Below are positions 16,268 to 24,553 of a stretch of 25,684 nucleotides of DNA, one piece after another. The position numbers and the translations under genes were made by a program. Positions within the stretch are counted from its first letter, which is position 1, and each line of letters opens with the position of its first letter. Source of the stretch: a virus (lineage: Duplodnaviria > Caudoviricetes); the IMG/VR virus record IMGVR_UViG_3300044657_000552, positions 1 through 25,684 of that record. One strand, 5' to 3'. The notes below the pieces were generated by a model. It had not been told where the DNA came from. It worked only from the letters and a program-made list of their open reading frames with translations, and did not search any database.

Positions 16268-18021
16268 TACAACGCTCCTAACAACTCAGCCAAACCCGGC
16301 GGGGCCGCAGCCGGAGCGCCACCGCCCGCCTCAGCACCCGCACCCGGCAAAGCAATCCCCGGCTGCGCCTCAGGGGCACCCGGCTCAACCTGCTCCGCTT
16401 GGCGTTCCTGCGCCTCACGCTGCACCTTCTCCACGGCCTCAGCCAAATCATGCTGATCGTTTCTCACCAACTGCATGATCCGAGCCAGATCAGACGGCGG
16501 CAACGCACCCTGCGCTGCTTGCTGCTGCAATCCTGCTAGCAGCGACTGCTCCAACTGTTCCGCAACAACAGCGTCACGTTCCTTCTCGACATCCTCTACG
16601 AGAGGGTCGATTCGCATGAACGCTTCTTTGGACATTGTTCCCATTGCGACCCGCTGACCGCCCGCGATAACGAGATTGTTGATGTCAGCACCAGCTTGTG
16701 AATAGGAAACAACATTGTCATCAGTCGAAAAATGCTTGTTCGGGGTGTAGTCAACTTTGCCCTTCACCTTTCCCATCGACACATAGAACGAACGAGGCTT
16801 GTTGCCTGCGTACGCCTTGCACTGCGCAATCGCGATCCGGTTCTCTTCCTCGAGAGCCCGTGCGAGCGTCTTCTGCGTTTCCTGAACCGTGAAATCGACC
16901 ACAGCAGAAAGCACAGCGTCACCGCGGCGACCCGTTCGTATATTGCTAGTGGATTCACCGCCAAACTCCGCAGGGATACCCGCAGTCAAACGCTGCGCCC
17001 GTTCCAACCTGTCAATCGCCGGGTTCGTCATAAACCCAGGCTGCATCTGCATGTCACGCAACGAACCGCCACGCACCACACCAATCTCACCCGTCAACCC
17101 GTTCGCCGTGTTCACAATCTTCGGCTGCTCGCCGGCGTTACCGACAAGCCAAGTATCAGGGAACACACCCTTCTGCACAGCCAACACTTCCAAAGCCATC
17201 AGCTTCGCCTGCTGCTGATACATGCCAAGAATCCCGTCGAACTGGCCTCGAGACTCGTCCAGCGAGATCCGGTTCGACACGACAACCGGACACTTGCCGA
17301 TCAGGTTCGGGACACGTTCCAACTCGGCTATAACCGGGCCGCCGTCGTTCTGCTGAAACCCGTGCGTCTGCGGGTTACGAACAGCGATCAACACCGTTTC
17401 CTCATGATCAACATACTCGATCATCTCGATCGGCTGATCCGTTTCATACGGCGCGTCTTTCGTGCCGCCAGCAAACCGCAACGCCGCCTCGGGATAGAAC
17501 CGTTGAATCCACCCGTAGGAGCGTTCGTAGCCGAACACGCAGTCAGCCGGAGTCATGTCTTCCACGCCACGCAGGTTCGACGGGAACGCTGTCAGCGGGT
17601 CACGGCAATGCCACGTCGGAACGCCTTTCTTCGGATCAAACCGCAACTGCGTCACAGCCTGCGAATACCCAATCAAATGACGAGCACGCTTCGCCAACTG
17701 CAAATCCATAGTCGAGTTCTGCCACCACCCAAACATCGCCTTACGACGAATCTGCGCGTGCTTACGCGACTGCTTTGAACTGTCATCTGCTGGCGGGCAC
17801 ACAATGTCAGGCAGCACCGACGACACACGCATCGCAGTCTGATCCAACCCCTGCGCCAACAGGTTTGCTACCGCAGCCGACTCGGTCGTGTCGATCTCCG
17901 GCAACGGCACCACAACGTCACCGTTGTAATGGTCACGAATATGCCGCATACGCGACTTCACACCAGCATGGTTCTGAGACCTGCCGTAATACAGGTCAAC
18001 GATCTCTTCAGCAGATTTCAC
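16267..18021 (-). CDS. Portal (head-tail connector) protein
   Basis: About 584 aa from the GTG at 18021, which overlaps the terL stop (GTGA) and is preferred over the track start at 18057. Size, position after terL and a Q/A/P-rich helical C-terminal tail fit a podoviral portal. Confidence 0.85.
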   Translation of the reverse strand: MKSAEEIVDLYYGRSQNHAGVKSRMRHIRDHYNGDVVVPLPEIDTTESAAVANLLAQGLDQTAMRVSSVLPDIVCPPADDSSKQSRKHAQIRRKAMFGWWQNSTMDLQLAKRARHLIGYSQAVTQLRFDPKKGVPTWHCRDPLTAFPSNLRGVEDMTPADCVFGYERSYGWIQRFYPEAALRFAGGTKDAPYETDQPIEMIEYVDHEETVLIAVRNPQTHGFQQNDGGPVIAELERVPNLIGKCPVVVSNRISLDESRGQFDGILGMYQQQAKLMALEVLAVQKGVFPDTWLVGNAGEQPKIVNTANGLTGEIGVVRGGSLRDMQMQPGFMTNPAIDRLERAQRLTAGIPAEFGGESTSNIRTGRRGDAVLSAVVDFTVQETQKTLARALEEENRIAIAQCKAYAGNKPRSFYVSMGKVKGKVDYTPNKHFSTDDNVVSYSQAGADINNLVIAGGQRVAMGTMSKEAFMRIDPLVEDVEKERDAVVAEQLEQSLLAGLQQQAAQGALPPSDLARIMQLVRNDQHDLAEAVEKVQREAQERQAEQVEPGAPEAQPGIALPGAGAEAGGGAPAAAPPGLAELLGAL

Positions 18022-19985
18022 GCGTACGCTTCCCCAGACAACCACGACGGACGCCACTGGCGTGCCATCTCGACAGACGGAGTATGAATCTTTTCAAGAT
18101 TATGCTCCATAAACCATTGTGCCATAACACAATCATCCGTGCGGGAACCAGTCCCTTCAGGATTCCATTTTGTTACTTCATCAATAAGAAGAAACGAATG
18201 CGGACGAGCCGATGTTTGCTGACGGCCAGGTAACCGTACACGCCCCGACTTATACAACGGAGCCAACATTTGCACCCCATACTTCGGGTCGCCCTTATTT
18301 TTTGAATGCGTATAGTGCGGCACAAGTTCTACGCCACGAGACGACGCCCAACGCCGGAAATGGTCATACTGAAGAATGAATTTCTGTGCAGCGTTCGCTT
18401 CAACAATCCAATACTGAATCGGATGCCCCATGTCGTTACTGATCTGCCACCACTCCTCAGCGATCCCCGTAAACTCCTGCCGATCATGATTCCAGTCCAA
18501 AAATGACGGCGCATCCATCTTGCGACGATACGACTCGAGCAGATACCGGTAATCGGATTCTTCAACGTACGCCCAGCATTGCAACGCCCAAAAGTTTGTA
18601 GGCGACGGGTCCGCTGACGCCAAAATCAGCGGATCAGACGGCAAATACGGCGGCAACTCCCACAAGTCACGGTCGGAGTCCCAACAACCGACATGCTGCA
18701 CACCGTCACGACCCACCCCGCCAGAAATCCACAACGGATCAACAAGCACCGACGCAGGATCAGCGTCTTCCTGCTGATACAGAATCTCGTACCGGTCAGG
18801 AGTCTGCGCCTTAATATGCCTGATCTTCTTCCACGGCAGGCGTCGAGGATACAACAAGCAGCCGTCAGGCCACGGGGCATCATCCAGCTTGTGATTGTTT
18901 TCACATTTGTCTTCGTAATGCACCTGATACTTCAGGTGATGATATTTCGATTCCTCAGTGGGGGAGGGTGTTTCACAAGGCAAGGAGGAAGCCTGTTCTG
19001 GGATCTCCCCAGACACCATGCCCTCCCCCACCGATTCTTGCTCGTCCTCATCAAGAGGCGCTTTCTTGTCGAGCGCATACCGGTAGATGTCATCGGAAGA
19101 CATCCTTTGCCCATTCAACACTAACAAACCGCCAGGTTCGAGACGGGTTTCAGCGACCTCGTCCCACCAGCGGTACATATCCGAACGCGATTCGGAGTTC
19201 CGCATTTTGCGTGGATCCCACACGTCGTCCCAGATAACCAGATCAAACCGGCCACCGAGGAAACCGGAGTCCATCCCGAACGCTGACCATGTCGGTTCTT
19301 TCTGCGATAACGGCTGATCGTCTGGTTGCAGAATCGTGAACGCTTCGGCCCGCCAAATTTCTTTCGCATCAGGTTTGAACGCACCAAAGTCCTGCTGCAT
19401 CGTCCGAACAGCGTCAACAGCAATCCCGATCTTCTGATCGTTCAACTCGGCACGGGCAACATGCTCCCGCTCAAACTCTGCCCGCAGGCGACGCGTGTAC
19501 CACTCAGCCAGCCGTTGCGTCGAAGAACCAATCATGCCCCTCAGGGCACGGTTGCGGACAGTCGCCCACGCCGGCAGCACCTTCGCAAAGAACGTGGACT
19601 TGCCAGAACCGGGAGGAGCGTTGATAACGATGTACTCCTCAGTAAGCGTGTTTAGCAGTTCGTTTACTTTTTCGGTGGCTTCGATCTGCCAGGGTTGAAG
19701 GATGATGCCGAAGTAACGGAGCGCAAATGCTTCGATGTTGTCAAATGCTTCTTGGGCTTCAGGTTCCAGTTGGTCATACGAAGGGATCTTAGACACGCCG
19801 ATCTTGTCAACTTGTTCTTTGGCGTGCATCCACGAACGCGTCGAGGTGCGACCCGATTCGTTATCACGCGCCGAGTGATAGTTCACGCCTGCTTTGATCG
19901 CAGACTGACGCATCGACTCGCCGCCGCGGCGAAGCAACAAATACTGAACCCACTGCTCCGTACTTGTGTGCTTCCCAGACGGCAT
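18018..19985 (-). CDS. terL: Terminase large subunit with N-terminal HTH-like extension
   Basis: LQPWQ adenine-binding motif, Walker A APPGSGKST, Walker B LVIWDD, YQQ, and nuclease motifs ASADPS, VEANAAQ and TDDCVMA. Confidence 0.93.
   Translation of the reverse strand: MPSGKHTSTEQWVQYLLLRRGGESMRQSAIKAGVNYHSARDNESGRTSTRSWMHAKEQVDKIGVSKIPSYDQLEPEAQEAFDNIEAFALRYFGIILQPWQIEATEKVNELLNTLTEEYIVINAPPGSGKSTFFAKVLPAWATVRNRALRGMIGSSTQRLAEWYTRRLRAEFEREHVARAELNDQKIGIAVDAVRTMQQDFGAFKPDAKEIWRAEAFTILQPDDQPLSQKEPTWSAFGMDSGFLGGRFDLVIWDDVWDPRKMRNSESRSDMYRWWDEVAETRLEPGGLLVLNGQRMSSDDIYRYALDKKAPLDEDEQESVGEGMVSGEIPEQASSLPCETPSPTEESKYHHLKYQVHYEDKCENNHKLDDAPWPDGCLLYPRRLPWKKIRHIKAQTPDRYEILYQQEDADPASVLVDPLWISGGVGRDGVQHVGCWDSDRDLWELPPYLPSDPLILASADPSPTNFWALQCWAYVEESDYRYLLESYRRKMDAPSFLDWNHDRQEFTGIAEEWWQISNDMGHPIQYWIVEANAAQKFILQYDHFRRWASSRGVELVPHYTHSKNKGDPKYGVQMLAPLYKSGRVRLPGRQQTSARPHSFLLIDEVTKWNPEGTGSRTDDCVMAQWFMEHNLEKIHTPSVEMARQWRPSWLSGEAYA
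18948..19037. repeat. In-frame palindromic insertion in terL (11-bp inverted repeats, 6-bp flanking direct repeat)
   Basis: GTGGGGGAGGG (18958-18968) pairs with CCCTCCCCCAC (19021-19031). CGATTC occurs at 18948-18953 and 19032-19037, 84 bp apart. Two internal hairpins. Confidence 0.65.
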
Positions 19986-19987
19986 CG

Positions 19988-20278
19988 TTACTTCTTCGTT
20001 GACTTGCCGTTAGCGCCCTGACGGGCACGGTTCCGGCTCGAGTCTTCCGGCACCATCCGACCCGACCTTGTATGCGACATGTCCTTGCCACGCAAATCAA
20101 CGCCACGATTCTCCGCAGCACGACGAGCCTTCTTCAACTCGTTACGTTTCACCACTTCAGAACGACGAGCGTTGAACTTCCGGTCATACGCCTGCTTCTT
20201 TTTCGCAGCTTTCGGATTGTCCCGATAATAACGGGCAGTTCGACCAAGCTGACTACGAGGTTTCTTTGGAGGTGCCAT
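19988..20278 (-). CDS. Basic protein with reduced HNH-like motif (96 aa)
   Basis: Very K/R-rich. GKDMSH...SSRNRAR resembles the D-x-x-H...NR pattern of small phage HNH-like proteins. Lies directly upstream of terL. Confidence 0.6.
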   Translation of the reverse strand: MAPPKKPRSQLGRTARYYRDNPKAAKKKQAYDRKFNARRSEVVKRNELKKARRAAENRGVDLRGKDMSHTRSGRMVPEDSSRNRARQGANGKSTKK

Positions 20279-20435
20279 CAGGATCCACCCTTACCGCCCA
20301 CACACACGGGTCATCGCCATCTTCAAACATCTGAATTTCTTCATCCGACATCGCAACGTCATGCGAAAAACAAATCTCTCGCGAGCAATACCCGGCCTGC
20401 CGCCCGATCTCAAGCCACTCGTCGTATGTCACCAT
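20253..20435 (-). CDS. Small acidic Cys/His protein (60 aa), possibly metal-binding
   Basis: YDEWLEIG...YC...ICFSHD...DPCV carries spaced C/C/H/C ligands. AAGGAG SD upstream. Fills the gap between two genes. Confidence 0.7.
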   Translation of the reverse strand: MVTYDEWLEIGRQAGYCSREICFSHDVAMSDEEIQMFEDGDDPCVWAVRVDPDGTSKETS

Positions 20436-20713
20436 TTCTCCTTGTTCGCCCAGTACGCGGCAGACATCTTGCCTTTCGCAATGTTCTTGCCGTGACGGGC
20501 TTTGAACGACTTGCGACGCGCCTTCTCAGAAGCAGTCTTCGGGTTCTTCCCCGCACCCTTCACGCCCTGCTGCCCAAACCGGATCGTCTTAACCCTGTCG
20601 CCCTCTTTCGCCACCACAACATGCGACTTCTTCGGATGATTCGGCGTCCGCTTCGGCTGGTTGAAACCAGACACGCCTGCCCGCGCCAACCGAGGATCCT
20701 TCTTCGCAGGCAT
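20429..20713 (-). CDS. Small basic phage protein (94 aa; IRFGQQG...RRKSFKARH...SAAYWA family)
   Basis: Motif set recurrent in small basic proteins of aquatic phages. Abuts the upstream stop. Function unknown. Confidence 0.8.
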   Translation of the reverse strand: MPAKKDPRLARAGVSGFNQPKRTPNHPKKSHVVVAKEGDRVKTIRFGQQGVKGAGKNPKTASEKARRKSFKARHGKNIAKGKMSAAYWANKEKW

Positions 20714-20866
20714 CTACCGCTTCTTCCGAGTCTTAGCCGACTGCTTAAACGCCTTCGCAGTAGGCGCACCCTTCGAGCCCGGTTTCCGCATCTTCTCACC
20801 CGAACCAGCTTTGATCCGTTTCCGTTTCGCGTGAATGTTCGCGTACAAACCTTTCTTAGCTGCCAT
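20714..20866 (-). CDS. Small basic protein (50 aa, MAAKKGLYANIHAKRKRIKAGSGEKMRKPGSKGAPTAKAFKQSAKTRKKR)
   Basis: The ATG at 20866 is preferred over the track start at 20944. GLYANIHAKR...GAPT is a recurrent phage small-protein motif. Confidence 0.8.
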   Translation of the reverse strand: MAAKKGLYANIHAKRKRIKAGSGEKMRKPGSKGAPTAKAFKQSAKTRKKR

Positions 20867-21014
20867 CACCAAACTCTTTCTCAAGATCCTTCTTGGACCA
20901 ACCGAGTTCGATAGCCAACCCTTGAGCGACACGTTTCCAATCACGCGTCTGAACAGCAGCCGGTTTCTTTACAGCCTTCTTCACTGTTTTCTTGACTGGT
21001 TTCTTCTCAGGCAT
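20856..21014 (-). CDS. Small protein with Lys-rich N-terminus (52 aa, MPEKKPVKKTVKKAVKKPAAVQTRDWKRVAQGLAIELGWSKKDLEKEFGDGS)
   Basis: Below the track cutoff. GGGAG upstream, start coupled to the upstream TGA, and an 11-nt overlap with the next gene. Confidence 0.7.
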   Translation of the reverse strand: MPEKKPVKKTVKKAVKKPAAVQTRDWKRVAQGLAIELGWSKKDLEKEFGDGS

Positions 21015-21145
21015 CACACACCACTCCCGTGACATTTACATCGACAAACCGGACGGGCCTTACGCCGCACGCTGTCATACAACGACCCGGCGACACACTC
21101 TAAGCCGTCTTCAACTACGCATTCGTGTTTCTTACGGCGTTTCAC
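21014..21145 (-). CDS. Small Cys-rich peptide (43 aa, MKRRKKHECVVEDGLECVAGSLYDSVRRKARPVCRCKCHGSGV)
   Basis: GTG 2 nt after the upstream stop and a TGATG overlap downstream, so it fills the gap exactly. HxC...C...CxCxCH suggests metal binding. Confidence 0.6.
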   Translation of the reverse strand: MKRRKKHECVVEDGLECVAGSLYDSVRRKARPVCRCKCHGSGV

Positions 21146-21147
21146 GG

Positions 21148-21420
21148 TTACGGCAGCTCAGGTTCGGGCGGCGGGTCACACGGCGTCCCCAACCCGTCAG
21201 GGTACGTTCCTGCGATGAGGTCCGACACTGGGGCACGCCAATCGTCCGCAGCTACCTCGACAACCGCCGTGTAGTCGGTGGTCTGTTGGGCGTCGGGTTC
21301 TGGTTCGCCGGTTGCTTGGTTTTCTCCGATCCACGGCATGCCGAGTCCGGTTTTGACGGCGGTGTGCCATGTGTCGAAGCCGGGGTTCTTGGTTTGCCAT
21401 GTGTACCAGTGCATCGTCAT
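21148..21420 (-). CDS. Hypothetical protein (90 aa), possible fibre accessory/chaperone
   Basis: GGAG SD, directly downstream of the fibre gene. Acidic, with a Pro-rich C-terminus. Confidence 0.7.
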   Translation of the reverse strand: MTMHWYTWQTKNPGFDTWHTAVKTGLGMPWIGENQATGEPEPDAQQTTDYTAVVEVAADDWRAPVSDLIAGTYPDGLGTPCDPPPEPELP

Positions 21421-21435
21421 TTGATTCTCCGATCG

Positions 21436-24054
21436 TTAGAGGGTGATGCCCCACTTGTTTGCGAGGTAGTTTTCGACTCGGCTGATCTCATCAGCAGTCA
21501 ACGTGCCGTCAACGACAATGAACTCTGCTATAGCACCGTCCATGTACCCGGTAGCCGTGTATCGGCGGGCAAGAGTTACACCGTTGAGCACTTGAGTTCC
21601 AGTGTCGCCTGCTATAACACTGGCCCCGTTTTTGCGAAGCCCTCCCGATGAGCCAAAGGTTGCAGTCAATAACGACACGTCAGTAGTCAATGCGCCTGCA
21701 GTGCTGTTCAGAGAGTTACCGCTGTACATCTGATAGCGAGTAGAAGTTGTCTGAAATACAGTTTGCCGATTCGTGTCGGTACCATCAAACACATACGGTC
21801 CGCTTGCAGTAGAATCTGATTGTAGAACAATGAAATGAACCGTCGAAGATGACGTTGCTGCTCCGAATATTTTTTGCATGTAATCACTAGTGCCATCGAA
21901 GTCGAGCACGTTCAGGCCATTGATCGTGCGAGTGCCGGTCGTCGGTTGATCGGCCCCCGTTCCCTGTGTCAGATGGTTGCCGTTACCCGACTTGTCGTTC
22001 CACTGCGACACCGCACCAGACGTTTCAATAATCGTGTACGGATCAGAAGCATCGAACCACGCCGTCGCACCCACCTGCAACGGGATCGGCTGAATCCCCC
22101 ACTTGTCTGCGAGGTACGCCTCCATCTGAGCGATCTCCGCATCAGACAGGACACGATCAAACACCGCCATCTCAGCAACCGTGCCGTCCCATTGACGACC
22201 GGTTGCAGCTTGGTTACCGACATCTAAAACAGTCATCCCAGAGGTTCCTGCGTCACCTGAAACATCAAGCGATCCGTCCACATAAATGGACGACGAGGTT
22301 GAGTTAGCCGTGTATCGGAAAAGCAAACCGGTAGACAACGCTAGCGGCGTGCTGCCTTGAAGATTTGTGCCGGAATACAGTCGAGCGGTTTGATTGAATG
22401 CTTGGAATGCTGTTGAACTTCCGTTTACAAGAAACTGCGGAGTAGCTCCTGACGTATCTAGCGTAGCTACAGCGAACAACGTTATAGGTTGCGAAATATT
22501 GAACGACGCTGCCGATATGACATCATTCGGAATGAAATCGATTACGTTGAGACCGTTCAACGTGCGGGTGCCCGTTGTCGGCTGCAACGACGACGTGGCC
22601 TGTACCAGGTCGTTACCGTTGCCCGACTTGTCCTGCCACTCCGACACCGACCCCGACGTTTCAACAATCGTAGACGTATCAGACGCATCCAACCACAGAG
22701 CCGCACCCAACGCCTCCGGCACCGGGGTAATCCACTTCTCAGTCAGGTAGTTCTCGACCAGCGTGATCTCATCAGCCGTCAGAGTGCCATCCACGAGGAT
22801 CACCTCGGCAATATCACCGACCGGCCGAGAAGCATCGTTTGTGAAGCTAAACGGTTGCAGCCCTACTGTGGCGGTTCTGTCCGTTTCTAGCGTCACAACT
22901 TTTGTAGACGAAGCGAGTTCATTGTAAAGGTCGCCGCGAGTCGTCCCAGAAAACGGTGTCCCATCAAACCGAAACGACACCGTGCTGAAGTTGAAACTCA
23001 GGACCGTGCTTGAACCACCAGATTCGCCGACGCCTGCGTATACGAATGAAAGGGATGTTCCCAACAACATGAAGTTTTGAGACGAATGCCGGAACACGGC
23101 AATCATCGTCAACCCTGTGAACGAGATATCTGGCGTCAGCAACGAGTCGTTGCCGTCGTAATGGATGACGTTCAAGCCGTTGACCGTGTCAGTACCCGTC
23201 GTGGGCTGCTGAGAGGCCGTGCCCTGCGTCAAATTATTGCCGTTGCCGGACAGATCGTTCCACTGCGACACAGCCCCGCCCGACTGCGTAATCGAATCAG
23301 TATCCGACGCATCAAACCAGGCGGCAGCTCCGACCCGCAACGGAACCGGAATCCACTTCTCGGTCAGGTACGCCTCAGTGTCAGCGATCTGCTGCGCCGT
23401 CAACGTGCCATCAACGACGATCACCTCAGCCATCTTTTGCTCAGCAATGCCACCTGACGGATTGGTTGGGTATCCGAACGGGGCAAGAATGCTGTTGATA
23501 GTTCCATCAGAGACAATACGCACGATGTGCGGACCCTCAGCCAATGCCGTGTACAAGTCACCACGCGTAGTTCCAGTAAACAAAGTACCGTCAATATGGT
23601 ATGTGATCGTTCCCATGTTCGAATCGAGAACCGTACTGGAACTGCCTTCACTCATTACAAGTGCATACGTTGACCCGTTGCTCGTTCCGAGTTGATACGA
23701 GGTTGTTTCAGCGATGTGCTCAAACACCATCCAAGCCGTAAACCCAGTAAGCGAAACCGCGCTATCCGTGTCAAGATAATCAGCACCGTCGTTGTAGATC
23801 GTATTTCGACTATTGAGAGTATGTGTGCCAGTGATCGGCTGGTAGGTGCTACTCGCCTGTTTCAGATCGTTGCCGTTCCCCGACTTGTCGCTCCACTGCG
23901 ACACGGCACCGCCACCCGGCCCCGACAACGTCGTTTCATCCGACGCGTCCAACCACAACGCCGGAGACAAATCCAACGGCGAAAACACCGAAGCAGTCGA
24001 AACGCCAACACCCGCAGGCATCGGCAACGACAACGCAGAACCAATCAGCGGCAT
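21436..24054 (-). CDS. Putative head-spike fibre with four tandem LamG/ConA-like domains (~872 aa)
   Basis: The ATG at 24054 lies 1 nt after the spike-base stop. Four ~210-aa repeats run W(L/F)DASD...VS(Q/E)WxDxSGNGN...AE...YLxxKW, typical of LamG-like jelly-roll domains. Confidence 0.8.
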   Translation of the reverse strand: MPLIGSALSLPMPAGVGVSTASVFSPLDLSPALWLDASDETTLSGPGGGAVSQWSDKSGNGNDLKQASSTYQPITGTHTLNSRNTIYNDGADYLDTDSAVSLTGFTAWMVFEHIAETTSYQLGTSNGSTYALVMSEGSSSTVLDSNMGTITYHIDGTLFTGTTRGDLYTALAEGPHIVRIVSDGTINSILAPFGYPTNPSGGIAEQKMAEVIVVDGTLTAQQIADTEAYLTEKWIPVPLRVGAAAWFDASDTDSITQSGGAVSQWNDLSGNGNNLTQGTASQQPTTGTDTVNGLNVIHYDGNDSLLTPDISFTGLTMIAVFRHSSQNFMLLGTSLSFVYAGVGESGGSSTVLSFNFSTVSFRFDGTPFSGTTRGDLYNELASSTKVVTLETDRTATVGLQPFSFTNDASRPVGDIAEVILVDGTLTADEITLVENYLTEKWITPVPEALGAALWLDASDTSTIVETSGSVSEWQDKSGNGNDLVQATSSLQPTTGTRTLNGLNVIDFIPNDVISAASFNISQPITLFAVATLDTSGATPQFLVNGSSTAFQAFNQTARLYSGTNLQGSTPLALSTGLLFRYTANSTSSSIYVDGSLDVSGDAGTSGMTVLDVGNQAATGRQWDGTVAEMAVFDRVLSDAEIAQMEAYLADKWGIQPIPLQVGATAWFDASDPYTIIETSGAVSQWNDKSGNGNHLTQGTGADQPTTGTRTINGLNVLDFDGTSDYMQKIFGAATSSSTVHFIVLQSDSTASGPYVFDGTDTNRQTVFQTTSTRYQMYSGNSLNSTAGALTTDVSLLTATFGSSGGLRKNGASVIAGDTGTQVLNGVTLARRYTATGYMDGAIAEFIVVDGTLTADEISRVENYLANKWGITL

Positions 24055-24055
24055 A

Positions 24056-24319
24056 TCACCACAAAGCCACAATCGACGTAGCCGTCGTGCCCGTCGAATA
24101 CACCCGATCAACACGCACAGGCAACACCGAACCAGCCGTCACACCAACAAACGTCACAGTCCCCGACCCGTACATGTCAACCTTCACATCACCCGCAGCA
24201 CCCACATACAACGCTCGGGTTGTGTCGGTGAGGTCAGCGCCGTCGTTCGGCGTCACCGCAACAGCATGATGCGCCGGACCCCACTGCTGATTACGATCAT
24301 TCACCCACAAATTAGGCAC
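24056..24319 (-). CDS. Head spike base protein (RcGTA Rcc01079-like)
   Basis: PAHHAVAVTPNDGADL..TRALYVGAAGDVKV...GTVTF..V.AGSVLPVRVDRVYSTGTTATSIVALW matches the pattern and length of the GTA head-spike base family. Confidence 0.88.
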   Translation of the reverse strand: MPNLWVNDRNQQWGPAHHAVAVTPNDGADLTDTTRALYVGAAGDVKVDMYGSGTVTFVGVTAGSVLPVRVDRVYSTGTTATSIVALW

Positions 24320-24385
24320 AACTCAACTCCCGTCCTCAAACGCCACCAACATAACACACCTCACACACACAACAACGCGAATCAC

Positions 24386-24553
24386 TCACTGGCACGACTC
24401 GCACGACTCAGGGTTCTCCAAATCACACGACGCCTCAACCGGGTCATCAGCACCCTCACCCCAATCAATATCACCAAAATCGCCGCCCTTCTCAGCAGCA
24501 ACCAACACCTCAGGAATCACAACACCCGACCTTCGCAAAGAATCAGCCAACAC
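24386..24553 (-). CDS. Small acidic peptide ending CDLENPESCESCQ (55 aa)
   Basis: Below the track cutoff. Strong AGGAGG SD 8 nt before GTG. Sequence: MLADSLRRSGVVIPEVLVAAEKGGDFGDIDWGEGADDPVEASCDLENPESCESCQ. Confidence 0.75.
   Translation of the reverse strand: MLADSLRRSGVVIPEVLVAAEKGGDFGDIDWGEGADDPVEASCDLENPESCESCQ

Noticed and set aside
18945-19035. Hammerhead-like CTGAGGA...GAAA next to the terL palindrome
   Set aside because: Only 3 nt separate the two core motifs, so there is no stem II. There is also no stem III and no correctly placed NUH cleavage triplet.
18948-19037. Intein or intron in terL
   Set aside because: The insert is only ~28 codons, stays in frame, and has no intein terminal residues or group I/II intron core.
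21436-24054. Diversity-generating retroelement or shufflon acting on the LamG repeats
   Set aside because: No reverse transcriptase or invertase in the window, no near-identical template/variable pair differing at adenines, and no inverted cassettes.
24323-24389. Possible 17-20-aa Cys/Val-rich micro-ORFs between the Cys-tail peptide and the spike base
   Set aside because: Two competing frames, very short, and explained by TG-rich low complexity.
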